From positions 39,122,001-39,186,000 of the forward strand of contig OZ024748.1 of assembly GCA_964016885.1 (NCBI GenBank): DNA of 64,000 bases, given 5' to 3'. The translations under genes and the position numbers were made by a program. The stretch is from Eledone cirrhosa (lineage: Eukaryota). Under the pieces are notes generated by a model. That model saw only the letters and a program-made list of their open reading frames with translations. It had not been told where the DNA came from and made no database searches. Shown piece after piece: positions 1-11,735 of this stretch; positions within the stretch are counted from its first letter, which is position 1; each line of letters opens with the position of its first letter.

Positions 1-416
1 ATCTGCAACATCGTCAGTGGTGTTATATTTTCCTCCTGTTGTGTTGTATGTCTACGCCATTTTTATTCAGTCTGTCTATATATTTATTTATTTATTTGCT
101 TGTTTGTTTATTTTATTTCGTCTTCTTTGCGTATGCGTTTGCGTGTGTGTATAGTGTTATGTTTGCTGTGTGATGGGTGACTAGTGTGTGTTTATGTGCT
201 TGTTGTTATTGTGCTTGTGTATGTATTTATTTATTTATTTATCTTATTTTATTTACTTATTTATACTTCTCTTAGGTCAGTATTGTTTGTTTGGGTGTTG
301 TTGTTATTCCATTCATTCTTTCTGTTTAGCTTTGGTCTTCTAATTTCTATTTCACTGGCCTCTCTGATTTGCCTATCTGCTGGGTCATTTCTATGTTTAG
401 ATATTATTCTAATTTC

Positions 417-521
417 TATGTTGTCTATGTTACCGTCATGTTGTTGTCTAGCATGTTCGTATAGTACTGAGTACTATACGAACATGCTAGACAACAACAT
501 GACGGTAACATAGATAACATA
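417..521. repeat. Near-perfect 105-bp palindrome (52-bp arms, 1-nt centre)
   Basis: 417-468 is the reverse complement of 470-521 with one mismatch; the centre is g469 (…atagtact-g-agtactat…). Confidence 0.9.
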
Positions 522-552
522 TTCTGGCAATATTACACAAATATGACCCTCC

Positions 553-554
<2 letters not shown>

Positions 555-602
<48 letters not shown>

Positions 603-627
603 ATATATATATGTATATATGTATATA

Positions 628-721
<94 letters not shown>

Positions 722-725
722 CATA
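555..725. repeat. (TA)n/(TG)n microsatellite
   Basis: Read directly. Similar tracts at 1342-1455, 1630-1818, 3193-3258, 18419-18500 and 20565-20640. Confidence 0.95.
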
Positions 726-1338
726 CAGGGGTTGGACAAAATAATGGAAACACCTAGCATCATAGAATCATAATTTTGAAATATCTATAAAACCGTCAAA
801 AGCTTGTTTATTTTTATTGTTCTCGAGGTGGTCATTAATTTTGGTAGTAATTTTGGTAGTAATTTTGGTAGTAATTTTGGTAGTAATTTGGCAGTAATTT
901 TGGGAGCTGTACTTTTGTGATCCTTTCTAACAATTCGCGTAAGAGGCCGACGGTATCTATCTGAAAGTTTTGGTTTTCTTCCGGAGTTTTGTTTCGACGA
1001 GGAGGTTTTTCCCTCTTTCTCAAAGACTGTCATTACTTTCGAGACAGTACTTCTTGATACACCAAACATTTCGGCTGTTTTCGTTACGCTAGCGCCTGCC
1101 ATACGAGCACCAACAATTTGACCTCTTTGAAAGTCCGATAGATCTGTCATTTTAATGAATTTTAATTACCTTTTTCTGATGATATCTGGAGAGAAACAGC
1201 AATTTAAACAAATCATATTAAGCAACACTAATAATAAATTAAAAAAAACATAAAAATAAACAATCTTTTGACGGTTTTATAGATATTTCAAAATTATGAT
1301 GCTATGATGCGAGGTGTTTCCATTATTTTGTCCAACCC

Positions 1339-1341
<3 letters not shown>
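726..1341 (-). mobile_element. Internally deleted Tc1/mariner DNA transposon
   Basis: TIRs of about 80-90 bp (CAGGGGTTGGACAAAATAATGGAAACACC… at 726; reverse complement ending at 1341) with TA on both flanks. Minus-strand ORF 785-1150 (MTDLSDFQRGQIVGARMAGASVTKTAEMFGVSRSTVSKV…SGRKPKLS) is a Tc1-type HTH N-terminus with no DDE domain. A 12-bp tandem repeat (aattttggtagt) lies at about 837-895. Confidence 0.9.
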
Positions 1342-1375
<34 letters not shown>

Positions 1376-1381
1376 ATGTAT

Positions 1382-1455
<74 letters not shown>

Positions 1456-1500
1456 GTGACGAAACATAAGTCAATTGCATGAACTCATAATCCTTTATTT

Positions 1501-1556
1501 ACTGCTATATATATTTCGATGATAGCCATTGAGTGGCTATGACCTCATCAGGCAGT
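1501..1556 (-). ncRNA. Minimal type I hammerhead ribozyme
   Basis: Minus strand reads ACTGC-CTGATGA-GGTCATAGCCA CTCAA TGGCTATCATC-GAAA-TATAT-ATA-GCAGT. Stem I is ACTGC/GCAGT, the core is intact, stem II is present, stem III is short and palindromic, and the cleavage triplet is AUA. Confidence 0.8.
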
Positions 1557-1624
1557 TAGTAAGTTCTTAGATATGCCAGCTCTGTGCTTATGGTGTTGAT
1601 TCTTTCAGAGCCTTGGGGCATATC

Positions 1625-1686
<62 letters not shown>

Positions 1687-1755
1687 TATATAGATATATA
1701 TAATGTATAATGTATATATATAATGTATAGCTATACACTGTATATATAATCATAC

Positions 1756-1821
<66 letters not shown>

Positions 1822-1825
1822 CATA

Positions 1826-1970
1826 TTCCAGCATAGCTACGTCCGTTAACGATCTTAGTTCAAATCCCGACGAGGTTGACTTTGCCTTTCATCCTTACGG
1901 GGTCGATAAAATAAAGAAGCAGTAATGCACTGGGTAATTGCTGGCCTTGTGCCAAAAAAATGAAACAATT
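1826..1970 (+). mobile_element. tRNA-derived SINE (partial)
   Basis: B-box-like AGTTCAAATCCC followed by GACTTTGCCTTTCATCCTTACGGGGTCGATAAAATAAAG; same family as the copies at 13820-14010 and 18607-18783. Confidence 0.7.
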
Positions 1971-2365
1971 ATATATAATATATAATATAGATATGTAATA
2001 TCTAATATAGATATAATAATATAGATATAATATAATATAATAATATATAATATAGATATATAATATATAATTATATATAATATATAATATAGATATGTAT
2101 ATATATAACGTAGTGTGTGCTAGTGTGTATATATGTATGTATATATATATACATATGTGTGTGTGTGTGTAACAATTGTTCTCGGTATGGTGAACTAACT
2201 GTTGTGTTAAAGGGTGAAAGCAGCGATTCTTTGCTTAAACTTTAATCTGTTATTTTAATAAATATTTCCTCTAGGGTTCTTATATATTTGATATATATTT
2301 ATCCTTATCGAGCCCTCTTTGGATTTTAGTCTTCATATTTATTATTATTATTACTATATATATAT

Positions 2366-3192
2366 ACTAGCTGAGGTACCCGGTAATACCCGGGAGCGGG
2401 AGTATTCCCAGTTCCCATTAAAATGCCCAATGCCTCTCAGACTAAAAATGAAATACAAATATAGGACAGATAATCAAAAGCGAAGACAAATTCATTTACG
2501 AAACAATAATACAAACAAATATTGTTGATTACATTGGTCAGGTGAAAATATGTTCGTCAGAGAAGTTGAGTGTTGCTATAAATAAACAAATAGAACCCCA
2601 TTAGGGTGTCTCAATATTATTGACATTTGCTGAAATTTTGTGAATAGGTATCATATCTTGTCATTTACCTATGATTTAAATTTCATATAAATCGAAGGGA
2701 AAACATTTTCAGTGGGGGTGTTCAACGGGGTTTTGTGCCCCTAGGGACCCTTTGATTAAAATGAAATATACTTATCGAAGTACCCTGGGCAATGTAGTTT
2801 TAAAATATATATGGTTATGGGGGTCTATCTCCAAAAGCATAGGAGGAGTTCGTGAAATCTTGTTCCATTTATTGGCCAAAATGTTCACTATAGGGGGTTT
2901 AACCCCCAATAGGGTGTCTCAATATTATTGAAATTTGCTGAATTTTTGTGAATAGGCATCATATCTTGTCATTTACCTATGGTTTAAATTTCTTATAAAT
3001 CGATGGGAAAAAATTAAGCGGGGGTTTTCAGCAGAGGTTTGAACACCCGGGGAACCCTTTGATTAAAATGAAATATACGTAAGAAATCAAATGGGCATGA
3101 GCCCCCACACACGTGTCAAGCTACATCAAGATCCGTTTGTTAGTTTTTGAGTTTTAGGTTCACAAACAAACAAACAGAGAGAAATTGCCATT

Positions 3193-3200
<8 letters not shown>
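2366..3200. mobile_element. Non-autonomous Helitron/Helentron-like repeat with internal ~308-bp duplication
   Basis: Begins TACTAG…CCCGGTAATACCCGGG (hairpin-like) and ends ACAAACAAACAAACAGAG…TTTATATATA. 2600-2770 is duplicated at about 2908-3080, and a partial copy lies at 13440-13690. Confidence 0.55.
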
Positions 3201-3256
<56 letters not shown>

Positions 3257-3259
<3 letters not shown>

Positions 3260-4332
3260 TATAAAGCTAACGGCCGTATGTATGTAACAAACTTTTCGCC
3301 AAACGGCTGGACCAAACAGCACCAAATTTGCACTATAGATGTAACTTTTTCCAAGTAAAAAAGTGAGGGTATTTTTGTCTACTGAATTTTGTTAAAAGAT
3401 TAAAGACATTATTTAAATATTCACTTCTTTAAAATTTCAAATGTCAACACTTCCTGTTATACGACATTCCTCACTTTTTTTCGTCGCACAACATTCCCCT
3501 CTTTTTCTTAGTCTGTCTTTTTAGATAGATATAGGGCTATAACGTAGCGTCTTTATAATATGTCTCTGTATGTCTGGCTGTCTGTATTAGATAACGTTTT
3601 TCGAAATATTTACTTCTGGGTTCACAGATTGATTTTTTTTAGTTTCAGAAGTTAAGGGTGAAAGCCTTTGCTTAAACATTGTTATTTTAATATATATATT
3701 CGTGTACAGATATTTTGCATACACAAAAACAAAAACCTATTTATTTCACTAAAGCACAGACGGCTTATCGTCATTGTTACTGTTCGAGGTTAGAGGACCA
3801 CAGTCTTTCCAAGATCTGAGAACCATCAATAGCCATCAATGTTCCACTTACCGTTTGGCTTGCCAGATGCGTGGTTTGTTACACGATGACACCTATTGGC
3901 ACCTCACCCTGCAAGAAGCAGCAACTGCTAAAGTCCCTTCTCAGCTGCGAAAACCTTTTGCTATTATGCTGCACAACTGTGATCTCGCCACCCCGAAAGT
4001 CTAGTTGAGGACAACCTCCACCGCACACGCAGATACAATCCGAGCGTAACATACGATGTCGTTTTCAATGAGGCGCTCATCTGTCTTGAAAACAGTGTCC
4101 TGGAGATTGGTGGTAGGCTTCTAAGTCACTACAGCTTACCTGCTCCTGGCAGGAGTGTCCTGAGGTCAATGTCTACAGAGCTTCTCCGCGAGACGAGCTA
4201 CGAGATCAGTGCTTCTCCAGTGGTCAATTGTATGTAGGATGCTCTAGGGTGAGCTCGCCAAACAATCTCTTCATCTTTGCTCCGGAGGGCCGAACAAAAA
4301 ATATTGTATACTCTGAGGCTCTAACAATGTAA
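3257..4332 (+). mobile_element. Degraded Helitron with RepHel (Pif1-like helicase) fragments
   Basis: ORF 3774-4004 (LLFEVRGPQSFQDLRTIN…TYRLACQMRGLLHDDTYWHLTLQEAA…SQLRKPFAIMLHNC) matches a conserved Helitron RepHel block. About 4222-4332 encodes GQLYVGCSRVSS…TKNIVYSEAL, the Helitron helicase C-terminus. There are stops and a large internal deletion. Confidence 0.8.
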
Positions 4333-4840
4333 TTTAAATATTTTCTGTTACTTGGAATTTTCATTTTGGTTGTACAAATTATTGTTTGTTAAAAAATGTG
4401 TTCTCTGTTCAGCCTTTATTGTTGTAACTCTCAATTATCTTTAACGTACTGGCTGCTGAACTGGGGAATCCTAAAACTATTCAAACCCAACATCAGAGCA
4501 CGTTAACCATTTGGATAGTGAAAGAAAAAGAGAAAAATTTTAAATCTTTTATGAGGGATATGCAAATGAAGTATAAGAGTAGACTGAAAATATCGTTATA
4601 TTTAGACGCCAGGTACATTTAAATAATTATTAGGATACTTTATAAAAGAAGATGAAGCAGAAGAAGGAAGAAAGATAGGCTCATATTATTATTAGGGTGC
4701 AAGTAGATTTAAAAATTTAAAATGTGTTGAAGTGGTAGAATACTAAACCAAAAAGTTTTCAATATATAACCAAATCATGAGTTATAATATATATATAATG
4801 TATATAATTATATTTTAAGGAATTAAGGTTGTAGGTACAC

Positions 4841-4952
4841 TTTAGCTTATTATATTGCAACCAGTCAATTTAGCTTATTATATTGAAACCAGTCAATTTA
4901 GCTTATTATATGGAAACCAGTCAATTTAGCTTATTATATTGCAACCAGTCAA
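4841..4952. repeat. 28-bp minisatellite x4
   Basis: TTTAGCTTATTATATTGCAACCAGTCAA repeated four times. Confidence 0.9.
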
Positions 4953-5121
4953 TTATATACATATTTATATAAATAGATAAAAATATATACATGCTGTTAT
5001 TAATTCAAATATAATTTAAGGTTTACGAAGGATATGTGTTTACATTTTCAATATATAGTTAAGAAAAAAAAGTCCAAGATGGCACGGATGGGGTGGGCAG
5101 GAAGGAGACGTCCATACCATA

Positions 5122-5129
5122 ATGCCAAT
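5122..5129 (+). CDS. Candidate short first coding exon of the TIL-like gene (M-P-I)
   Basis: ATG CCA AT|GTAAGA: purine at -3 and a strong phase-2 donor matching the phase-2 acceptor at 5687. The spliced N-terminus would be MPISDFIEPFKIH, similar in length to bacterial TnaA/TPL N-termini. Speculative. Confidence 0.35.
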
Positions 5130-5229
5130 GTAAGACAGTAGCTATTGTCATTTTATCGTGTCAGTTGATATTACGTTAAATATAATTCCGGTTTTATCTG
5201 TGATTTACTGATATAGCTTACGTCAATTG

Positions 5230-5620
5230 TTTCTTCTTCGTCCAGTTATTTCTGAGAGGGTCGTGGGGTCAGAGTCCTCCAACACTCCTTCCAGCAAGTC
5301 ATGTCAGAAGCAACCGTTTCCATCTGATCCGGCTGGATCTCCCAAGCATGACCAGCCAAGCTCATGGATCTTAGCAAACCATCTTACTCAGGGTGGGTCG
5401 ATCCCTGGGTCTCTTGTCGGTTTGTTTTGCCCGTAAAATCTGTCCGGTGATTCTTTCCTGAGACATTCTAACCACATGTCCATAGTATCAGAGCTGTGAT
5501 CTCTCAATTCGGAGAAGTAGCGGCTCTACCTGGAGTAACTCTCTGATCTCAGAACTACGCACCCTATCGAGTAACATTACTCCAAAGACCCTTTAGAGGA
5601 ATCCCATTTCGGCCGCTTGT
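5230..5620 (-). mobile_element. RTE-like LINE 3' fragment
   Basis: Similar to 8700-9100 (TTCTGAGAGGGTCGTGGGG…AACACTCCTTCCAGCAAGTCATGTCAGAAGCAA…AGGAATCCCATTTCGGCC) with a (TTC)n tail; degenerate RT C-terminus. Confidence 0.65.
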
Positions 5621-5687
5621 ATTGTTTCTATTTACGAAATAACACAACTGAGGATTTTAATAGTGTCAAATTTTCGTTTCCTTTCAG

Positions 5688-7185
5688 TTCCGACTTTATC
5701 GAACCATTTAAAATACATATTGTAGAGAACATAAAGATCAATAACCGTAACGACAGATTAATTGCTCTCGAGAAAGCTGACTACAACATCTTTAAATTAC
5801 AACCTGAAGATGTCATGATCGATTTCCTTACAGATGCTGGCACTAATGCTTTCAGTCTTGAACAAAACGCAAGAATATGGATGGGTGATGAAAGTTATGC
5901 CGGATCTACTAGTTATGAAACTTTGAAAGACACGGCAACATATATTTCTGGTTTTGAAAACATTCTGCCAGTTTTTTCTGAATGTATCAGCGAAGAGATT
6001 GTCGCTTCTTATTTCACAAAAGCTGGAGATAAGGTTATTGGGAATACTTTTACTTATTCACTTGAGAAGCATATAAAGGATCTTCATGCTGAAGCGATTT
6101 CTTTGTTAGATTGGTCAGATAATAATTTTGCAGGAAATCTAGATGTTCAAGCACTCAAAAACTTATTGGCAGAAAATGATAAAAAATCAATTTCCTTTCT
6201 TATAATGAATGTACCAGCAAAAAGTAGTGGTGGCCAACCAGTTAGTATGTCAAACATGAAAGCAGTTTCTGATCTCTGTCGCGAACATTCGATTCCGATA
6301 TACATCGAAAGTAGTATGTATGGTGAGAACTGTTGGCTCAATAAAATGTACGAAGAGGCTTACTTCAATAAATCGTTAGTTGAGATATCGCAAGAAATGT
6401 TTTCTTTTTTCGATGGCTGCATTATTTCTGCTAAAAGAGATGGTAGAAGTGAGATTGGAAGTGTCATTTGTCTTCAAGACAAAGAAATGACTCGAAAATT
6501 GGGCACTGTTATTACTCTTAAAGCAGGTTTCATAACTTATGGTGGGATGGCTGGCCGAGATATGGAAATTGTAGCGGTTGGCATGCGAGATGCTTTGGAT
6601 GAACAACTGCAAGACTATCGACAAAAACAATTGGCATTTTTCAAAAAATCCCTGAAGGAATTTGGTGTTCCGATTGTGGAGCCAGTCGGTTGTAATACCA
6701 TCTTCATTGATGCCGAAAATGCTTTTCCTAACTGTAAACACGCGTTTTATCCAGCCTGGTCTTTATCTTGTGCTGTTTATATCGTCGGGGGTATCCGATG
6801 CGCAGAGTTTGGTCAAGTTACCCGTCCAACAAGCAGCTTACCCACTAATCATTTTCTGAAAGACCGAGAATTACTAAAGCTAGAGATACCTCGTTTCATC
6901 TATACGACTTGTCACATTTTCTATGTTGCCTATGTTTTCGCTCAGCTTATTTCACATGAAATGCTTTCTGGAATGAAACGTATTGCCTGCTCCGAAGACC
7001 AAATAAAAATCGTGAAAATAAAAATGAAACCAAATCATTCTCTGGAATATGACGATATCCAACTCCTTCCGGTACAAGACTGTGAACACAATCACTTCTT
7101 TAAAAACATATCTAATCAAAGAGTTATGAAAAGAAATTCAATCGCCGAGGCATCTTCTATATGGTCAGTCGACATTCCTTCTTAA
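5688..7185 (+). CDS. tnaA: Tryptophan indole-lyase (tryptophanase)/beta-eliminating lyase-like, copy 1: PLP site degenerate, catalytic Tyr retained; probably an exon
   Basis: Motifs EPFKI, YNIFKLQPEDVMIDFLTDAGT, MGDESYAGS, GGQPVSMSN, SAKRDG, GFITYGGMAGRDME and EIPRFIYT align with TnaA/TPL. The ORF-track start (5617) is TTG and there is no early ATG. A polypyrimidine tract with CAG ends at 5687, just before the homology begins. Possible donor TG|GTCAGT at 7163/7164. Confidence 0.88.
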
Positions 7186-7380
7186 AAAGGGGACAAACAC
7201 GTTAGATAATGTAATCGTAGACACAAAAAAGACGTGGTGGTCATGATTGGAACGTCCCTGATCATATAATTGCTCTGTCAATGTTGACCTGAACTTAAAC
7301 AACAGCAACAACAACACAGAAATTTTTTTTTTGTTGCACCCAAACAGGGTTCTGTAAATTCTAGATTGTACATTCTTTTA

Positions 7381-7523
7381 TTCTTTTACTGGTTTCAGTC
7401 ATTAGACTGTGGCCATGCTGGGGCACTGTTCTTTTACTGGTTTCAGTTATTAGACTGTGGCCATGCTGGGGCAGTGGTCTTTTACTGGATTCAGTGATTC
7501 TACTGTGGCCATGCTAGGGCACC
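7381..7523. repeat. 48-bp x3 tandem repeat, probably derived from a SINE end
   Basis: TTCTTTTACTGGTTTCAGTCATTAGACTGTGGCCATGCTGGGGCACTG, three diverged copies. Confidence 0.8.
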
Positions 7524-8699
7524 AATTGATTGTTAGTTTATTTTTTTTAATTGGTTTTATTACCAACAATTAAACTATTGAACATGATTTTGAATAGAAA
7601 GTAGGGGAAAACATTGACAGTCTTGTCAAATATAGTTTTAATATTATGTTAACAAACCATGAAATAAAATATCTTTGGAAACTTAAATATATTTCTTGTG
7701 ATGTTCTTTTTACAATTATTTCACCAATATATAATTAATATGAAACATTGTGATGTATGTTTCACCAATATATAATTAATATGAAACATTGTGATGTGGT
7801 TGTGATAATTCGGGGAAAGATGGTACAACGAATATTAGATAAACTAAGGTGAAAAGATACAACAAATCAGCATTTTAAACTTTTGTCTTATATTTCTTGA
7901 TATTTTGAGGTGAAAAACTTTTTTCAAAAGAAAGAAATGGAGTCTGGTGTTGTCAACGCCCAAAGAAATGTTGATAAACGATTTATTTACATCAACTTAT
8001 TATTGATGGTGACATGCTTTTGTTTCACTTTAAAAAAATATTATAATAAGGTGACATACTAATATAAATATTATTTTAAAAATAAAAAACAAATCTTGAA
8101 ACATCTTATGACTGTGGCAGTGGCAAGGTTTATAGAGTTAAGAAGCCTCACAACCATCTGATTTCCGGTTCCTTTAGACTACATGGCATCTTAAAGAAGT
8201 GTCTTTCTGCCATAGGTTCGAGTCAACAAAACGGACAGTTTGCCCTTTTCGGCTTGGCGGGCAGCAGGGCCTGTACTGGTGGTGGAATGCACCAGGTTGG
8301 CACTTGCAATTAATTGTAATATTACTGATAGATGTTGTTTCAATTCTGTGCCATTAATTGTAGATCAACGACAACATTGTTGCAGTAGTTATTTCAATTC
8401 TGTGCCATTAATAATCTGTGTTACGAACACTACATAAATAGTCTACAGGTGTTACCTTGATTTCACCAGATGGAAATATCAAAATCAAAATTGATTATGT
8501 AATTGTTCCAAACAATATTCTCGAAATGCTGAAAAACTGCCATGTGTATATTTCTACAGATATTGGTCTAGAATATTTCAACTTAGAGGCTGGAAAACAC
8601 AAACGTTATTATCATAAATGTACTGTGATTGTGTGAGGCTTAATTATTAAAGATTGTAAAATCCATTCCCAGTGAATTGGTCAAACTATATCCAAGAAT

Positions 8700-9530
8700 T
8701 TTCTTTTTCTTCCTTCACTTATTCCTGAGAAGGTCGTGGGGGAAGAGTCTTCAAACACTCCTTCTAGCAGGTCCTGTCAGAAGCAATCATCTCCAACTGA
8801 TTTGGCTGGATCCCCAAGCGAGACCTGCCAAGCTTATGGATGTTATCCAACTATCTTGCTCAGGGTCTACTCCTGGGTCTCCTGCTGGTTGGTTTTGCCA
8901 ATAAAATCTGTCCAGTATTTCCTTGGACATTCTAGCCATATAATATGTAATATCAGAGCTATGATTTCTCAATTCGGAGAAGTATCAATTCTAACAGGAG
9001 TGATTCACAAGTCTCCAAGCTACACACACTATCGAGTAATGATACTCCAAATACCCTTTTGGAGGAACCCCATTTTGGCCACTTGTATTTGCGATTGTAT
9101 TCTTTCAGTCATTACACAAGATTCATGACCATAGGTAAGGGTTGGCACGAAAACCGAATTGAAGATAGTGAGTTTGGTGTTTACACCTACCTCCCTTCTT
9201 CTGATTACCAAATGCCAAAGCTGTCACATTACTGCAGCAGCTCCTGCAATTATTGCACTTAATTCGGCCTCCTGCCTTCCATCACTCGTGACCATGGCCC
9301 TGAGATACTTGAACTTCTCTACCAACTTCAGTAGAACTCCCTTCGCATGTAGAATGCACTGCGCAGGCTTCCTTTAGAAGACGAGTGTCTCAGTTTTCAC
9401 AGCACTGAATTTCATTCCAGCCATGCAGCACTCTGCATCAAACCTATCAAGTGCAAGTCAGAGATCACCTTTTGTTGAGTTTGTAACACCATGTTGTCTG
9501 CAAATTCCAGCCACAAATTGCTGGCCATGT
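8700..9530 (-). mobile_element. RTE-like LINE 3' fragment (RT C-terminal region, frameshifted)
   Basis: Minus-strand peptides TKLTIFNSVFVPTLTYGHESCVMTERIQSQIQVAKMGFL (9029-9211) and EKFKYLRA (about 9295-9320) are typical of LINE ORF2 downstream of the RT core. Confidence 0.8.
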
Positions 9531-9594
9531 GCCTAAATTAGAAAACCTTATTCCTGCAAAAGGTCCTGTTAATCCTTAATTATTATTAAATATA

Positions 9595-9766
9595 ACATAT
9601 ATACAAACTGGAGCTGTGTCAGGGACCAGTCCGCAAACATATATACAAACTGGAGCTGTGTCAGGGACCAGCCTGCAAACATATATACAAACTGGAGCTG
9701 TGTCAGGGACCAGTCCGCAAACATATATACAAACTGGAGCTGTGTCAGTGACAATGTCTGCAAACA
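9595..9766. repeat. 42-bp minisatellite x~4
   Basis: ACATATATACAAACTGGAGCTGTGTCAGGGACCAGTCCGCAA in tandem; this explains the repetitive ORFs at 9569-9862. Confidence 0.9.
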
Positions 9767-10090
9767 ATGAGTTGAACATTTTAACACCAAGAATATATGA
9801 TAAATAAAAACTACAGTTAACAGATTTTTGTGTTTTGAATTACTAAAGTGACTCGTGTACAATGTAATTGGTATATATATATATACTCACTCTATATGTA
9901 TGTGTTTTTATATAAATATGTAAATATTTGTGTATATATATATATATATAGTTGTTATATAGTAAGGTGTATTATTGGTTGTGTCATACGGTCCAATAAA
10001 CTTTTGTTAGCAATATTAAGTTCTCCACGCTTTTGTATATCTCCAATTCCATTTAAGGGAACAGCTAGATGATGTAAAATGGAGTATTTG

Positions 10091-11688
10091 TATCAAAATA
10101 AAGATCCGAAAGCATGGTATAAATTTCCAATCATTTTAATCACAACACGTTTCAATAAGGGATAGATCGATCGTGTGGTCATGATCGATTATCACTGATT
10201 TCATCATTTTTAACTGAGTGTGTAATACGTCTATTTACTAACTGAGAGAACTCTATGGTTAGGGTATTCTAAACCTTCCTCAGGATTTTTGGAAAGTAAC
10301 CTACCACTAACTCCTCCCTTTTTACCTTAGCCATAGAGTTCTCTCAATTAGCAAAAAATAGACAATCACACACTCAGGTAGTAGACAGCTAAGATCGTTT
10401 GCGCACCTACACACTGTACTCGGTATGTTTCCACAGAGTTCTCACAGCTGAGTGCATATTTACCATTACTTTAGAATACCTAGTTAGTAAATAGTTAGAA
10501 CAATTACACTCGCAGTTAAGACCGATTACGCGCATTCACCATTACTTTAGAATACCCTAACCATAGAGTTCTCTCAGTTAGGAAATAGACGTATTACACA
10601 CTCAGTTAAGAACGTTACGCTCTTTATACATAATTCTACACAGTACCCGGTTTCTTTAGACACAGAGTTGCCACAGTTATGACCAGTCATGATCTTGTCG
10701 ATTGAATACTACACTAGGTTTTGGTCTGTGATCCTCTAACCAAGGAGTGCTCACAGTTTGCTGAATGGACAATACTACTTACACGCCATCAATGGACTTA
10801 CACACATCCCCGGTGTTTTGTTATTTTATTTTGTGTTGGGTAACACACCTCCACCACTCAAACACTTATCTTAAAGGCCCGAGGGCCCATTTGACGGGAA
10901 AACGCACACACTGACAGCTTAACTCAAATACCCAACCCTATATGGAGCCCCTTGTTGGCCTACATGGCAGGTGCTTGCACGCACAGACTCGGGGACCCAG
11001 ATTCTCAACGGGACAACGGCACATATAGAGTTCGATACGAGCTGACTACTTGCTCTACACATGGATGTGTATATACCAAAACATACACTATTTAGACGAT
11101 ACAGATGTTACAATTCAATCGATACACGTATAGCAGAACGTTGAAGGGAATTTACTTGCGTGTGTATAGTGTTGTGGTTGACCCAATTTTTTTCTAATTT
11201 ACATCGTGAAAATTGAGATTTGACCAATATAACGTTTGTTGTTTTGTAACCTAACTTTTGGTGCATACTGTGTTGCTGTGTATATTTTTTTTTCTCTGAC
11301 CTCGCGTCGGTGTGTGTGAGTGTGTGTGCACTCAATAAAACTAATTGTGACGGACCAAAATTCTACAGATCTGGTGCTGAGATTAGACCTGTCCAGCGTC
11401 TTTTACAGCTATTGAGAGATAGAGACTTGATAGATTTATGACCCTGACTGAAGACAATAGCAGTTGTCGTGTTTGGCTGCTGATTATTCATATGGGGAAC
11501 AAAACTCCAGTGAGTGAACATCGTTAGTTTTTCCTCCCTCATATCAAAGATTTGAAGACATTTCATTATTCACCTGATGAGATCAGTGATAATCGATCAT
11601 GACCACACGATCGATCCCTTATTGAAACATGTGTCGTGATTAAAATGATTGGAAATGTATACCATGCCTTCGGATCTTTATTTTGATA
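10091..11688. mobile_element. Element bounded by ~115-bp inverted repeats carrying a hammerhead motif (Penelope-like pLTR type, non-coding)
   Basis: 10091-10206 is the near reverse complement of 11575-11688. A nested inverted repeat pairs about 10210-10273 with about 10546-10609. Confidence 0.6.
11570..11639 (+). ncRNA. Type I hammerhead ribozyme
   Basis: TCAC-CTGATGA-[GAT…ATCGATC…GATCGAT…ATT]-GAAA-C-ATGT-GTC-GTGA. Stem I is TCAC/GTGA, the core is intact, stem III carries palindromic ACATGT, and the GUC triplet is at 11633-11635. Confidence 0.7.
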
Positions 11689-11735
11689 TATATATATAAA
11701 ACTGAATTTACATTTTTTTTTCCAGTCTCCAAGCA

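Noticed and set aside
184-1753. Short YI/IY-rich or hydrophobic ORFs
   Set aside because: They are translations of (TA)n and other low-complexity tracts.
5617-5687. ORF-track N-terminus of TIL copy 1 starting at TTG 5617
   Set aside because: The start is non-ATG, overlaps the edge of a LINE fragment and shows no homology; the segment ends in a typical splice acceptor, so it is probably intronic.
7071-7077. Alternative donor G|GTACAA in copy 1
   Set aside because: It has a weak consensus and is phase 0, incompatible with the phase-2 acceptor at 11725.
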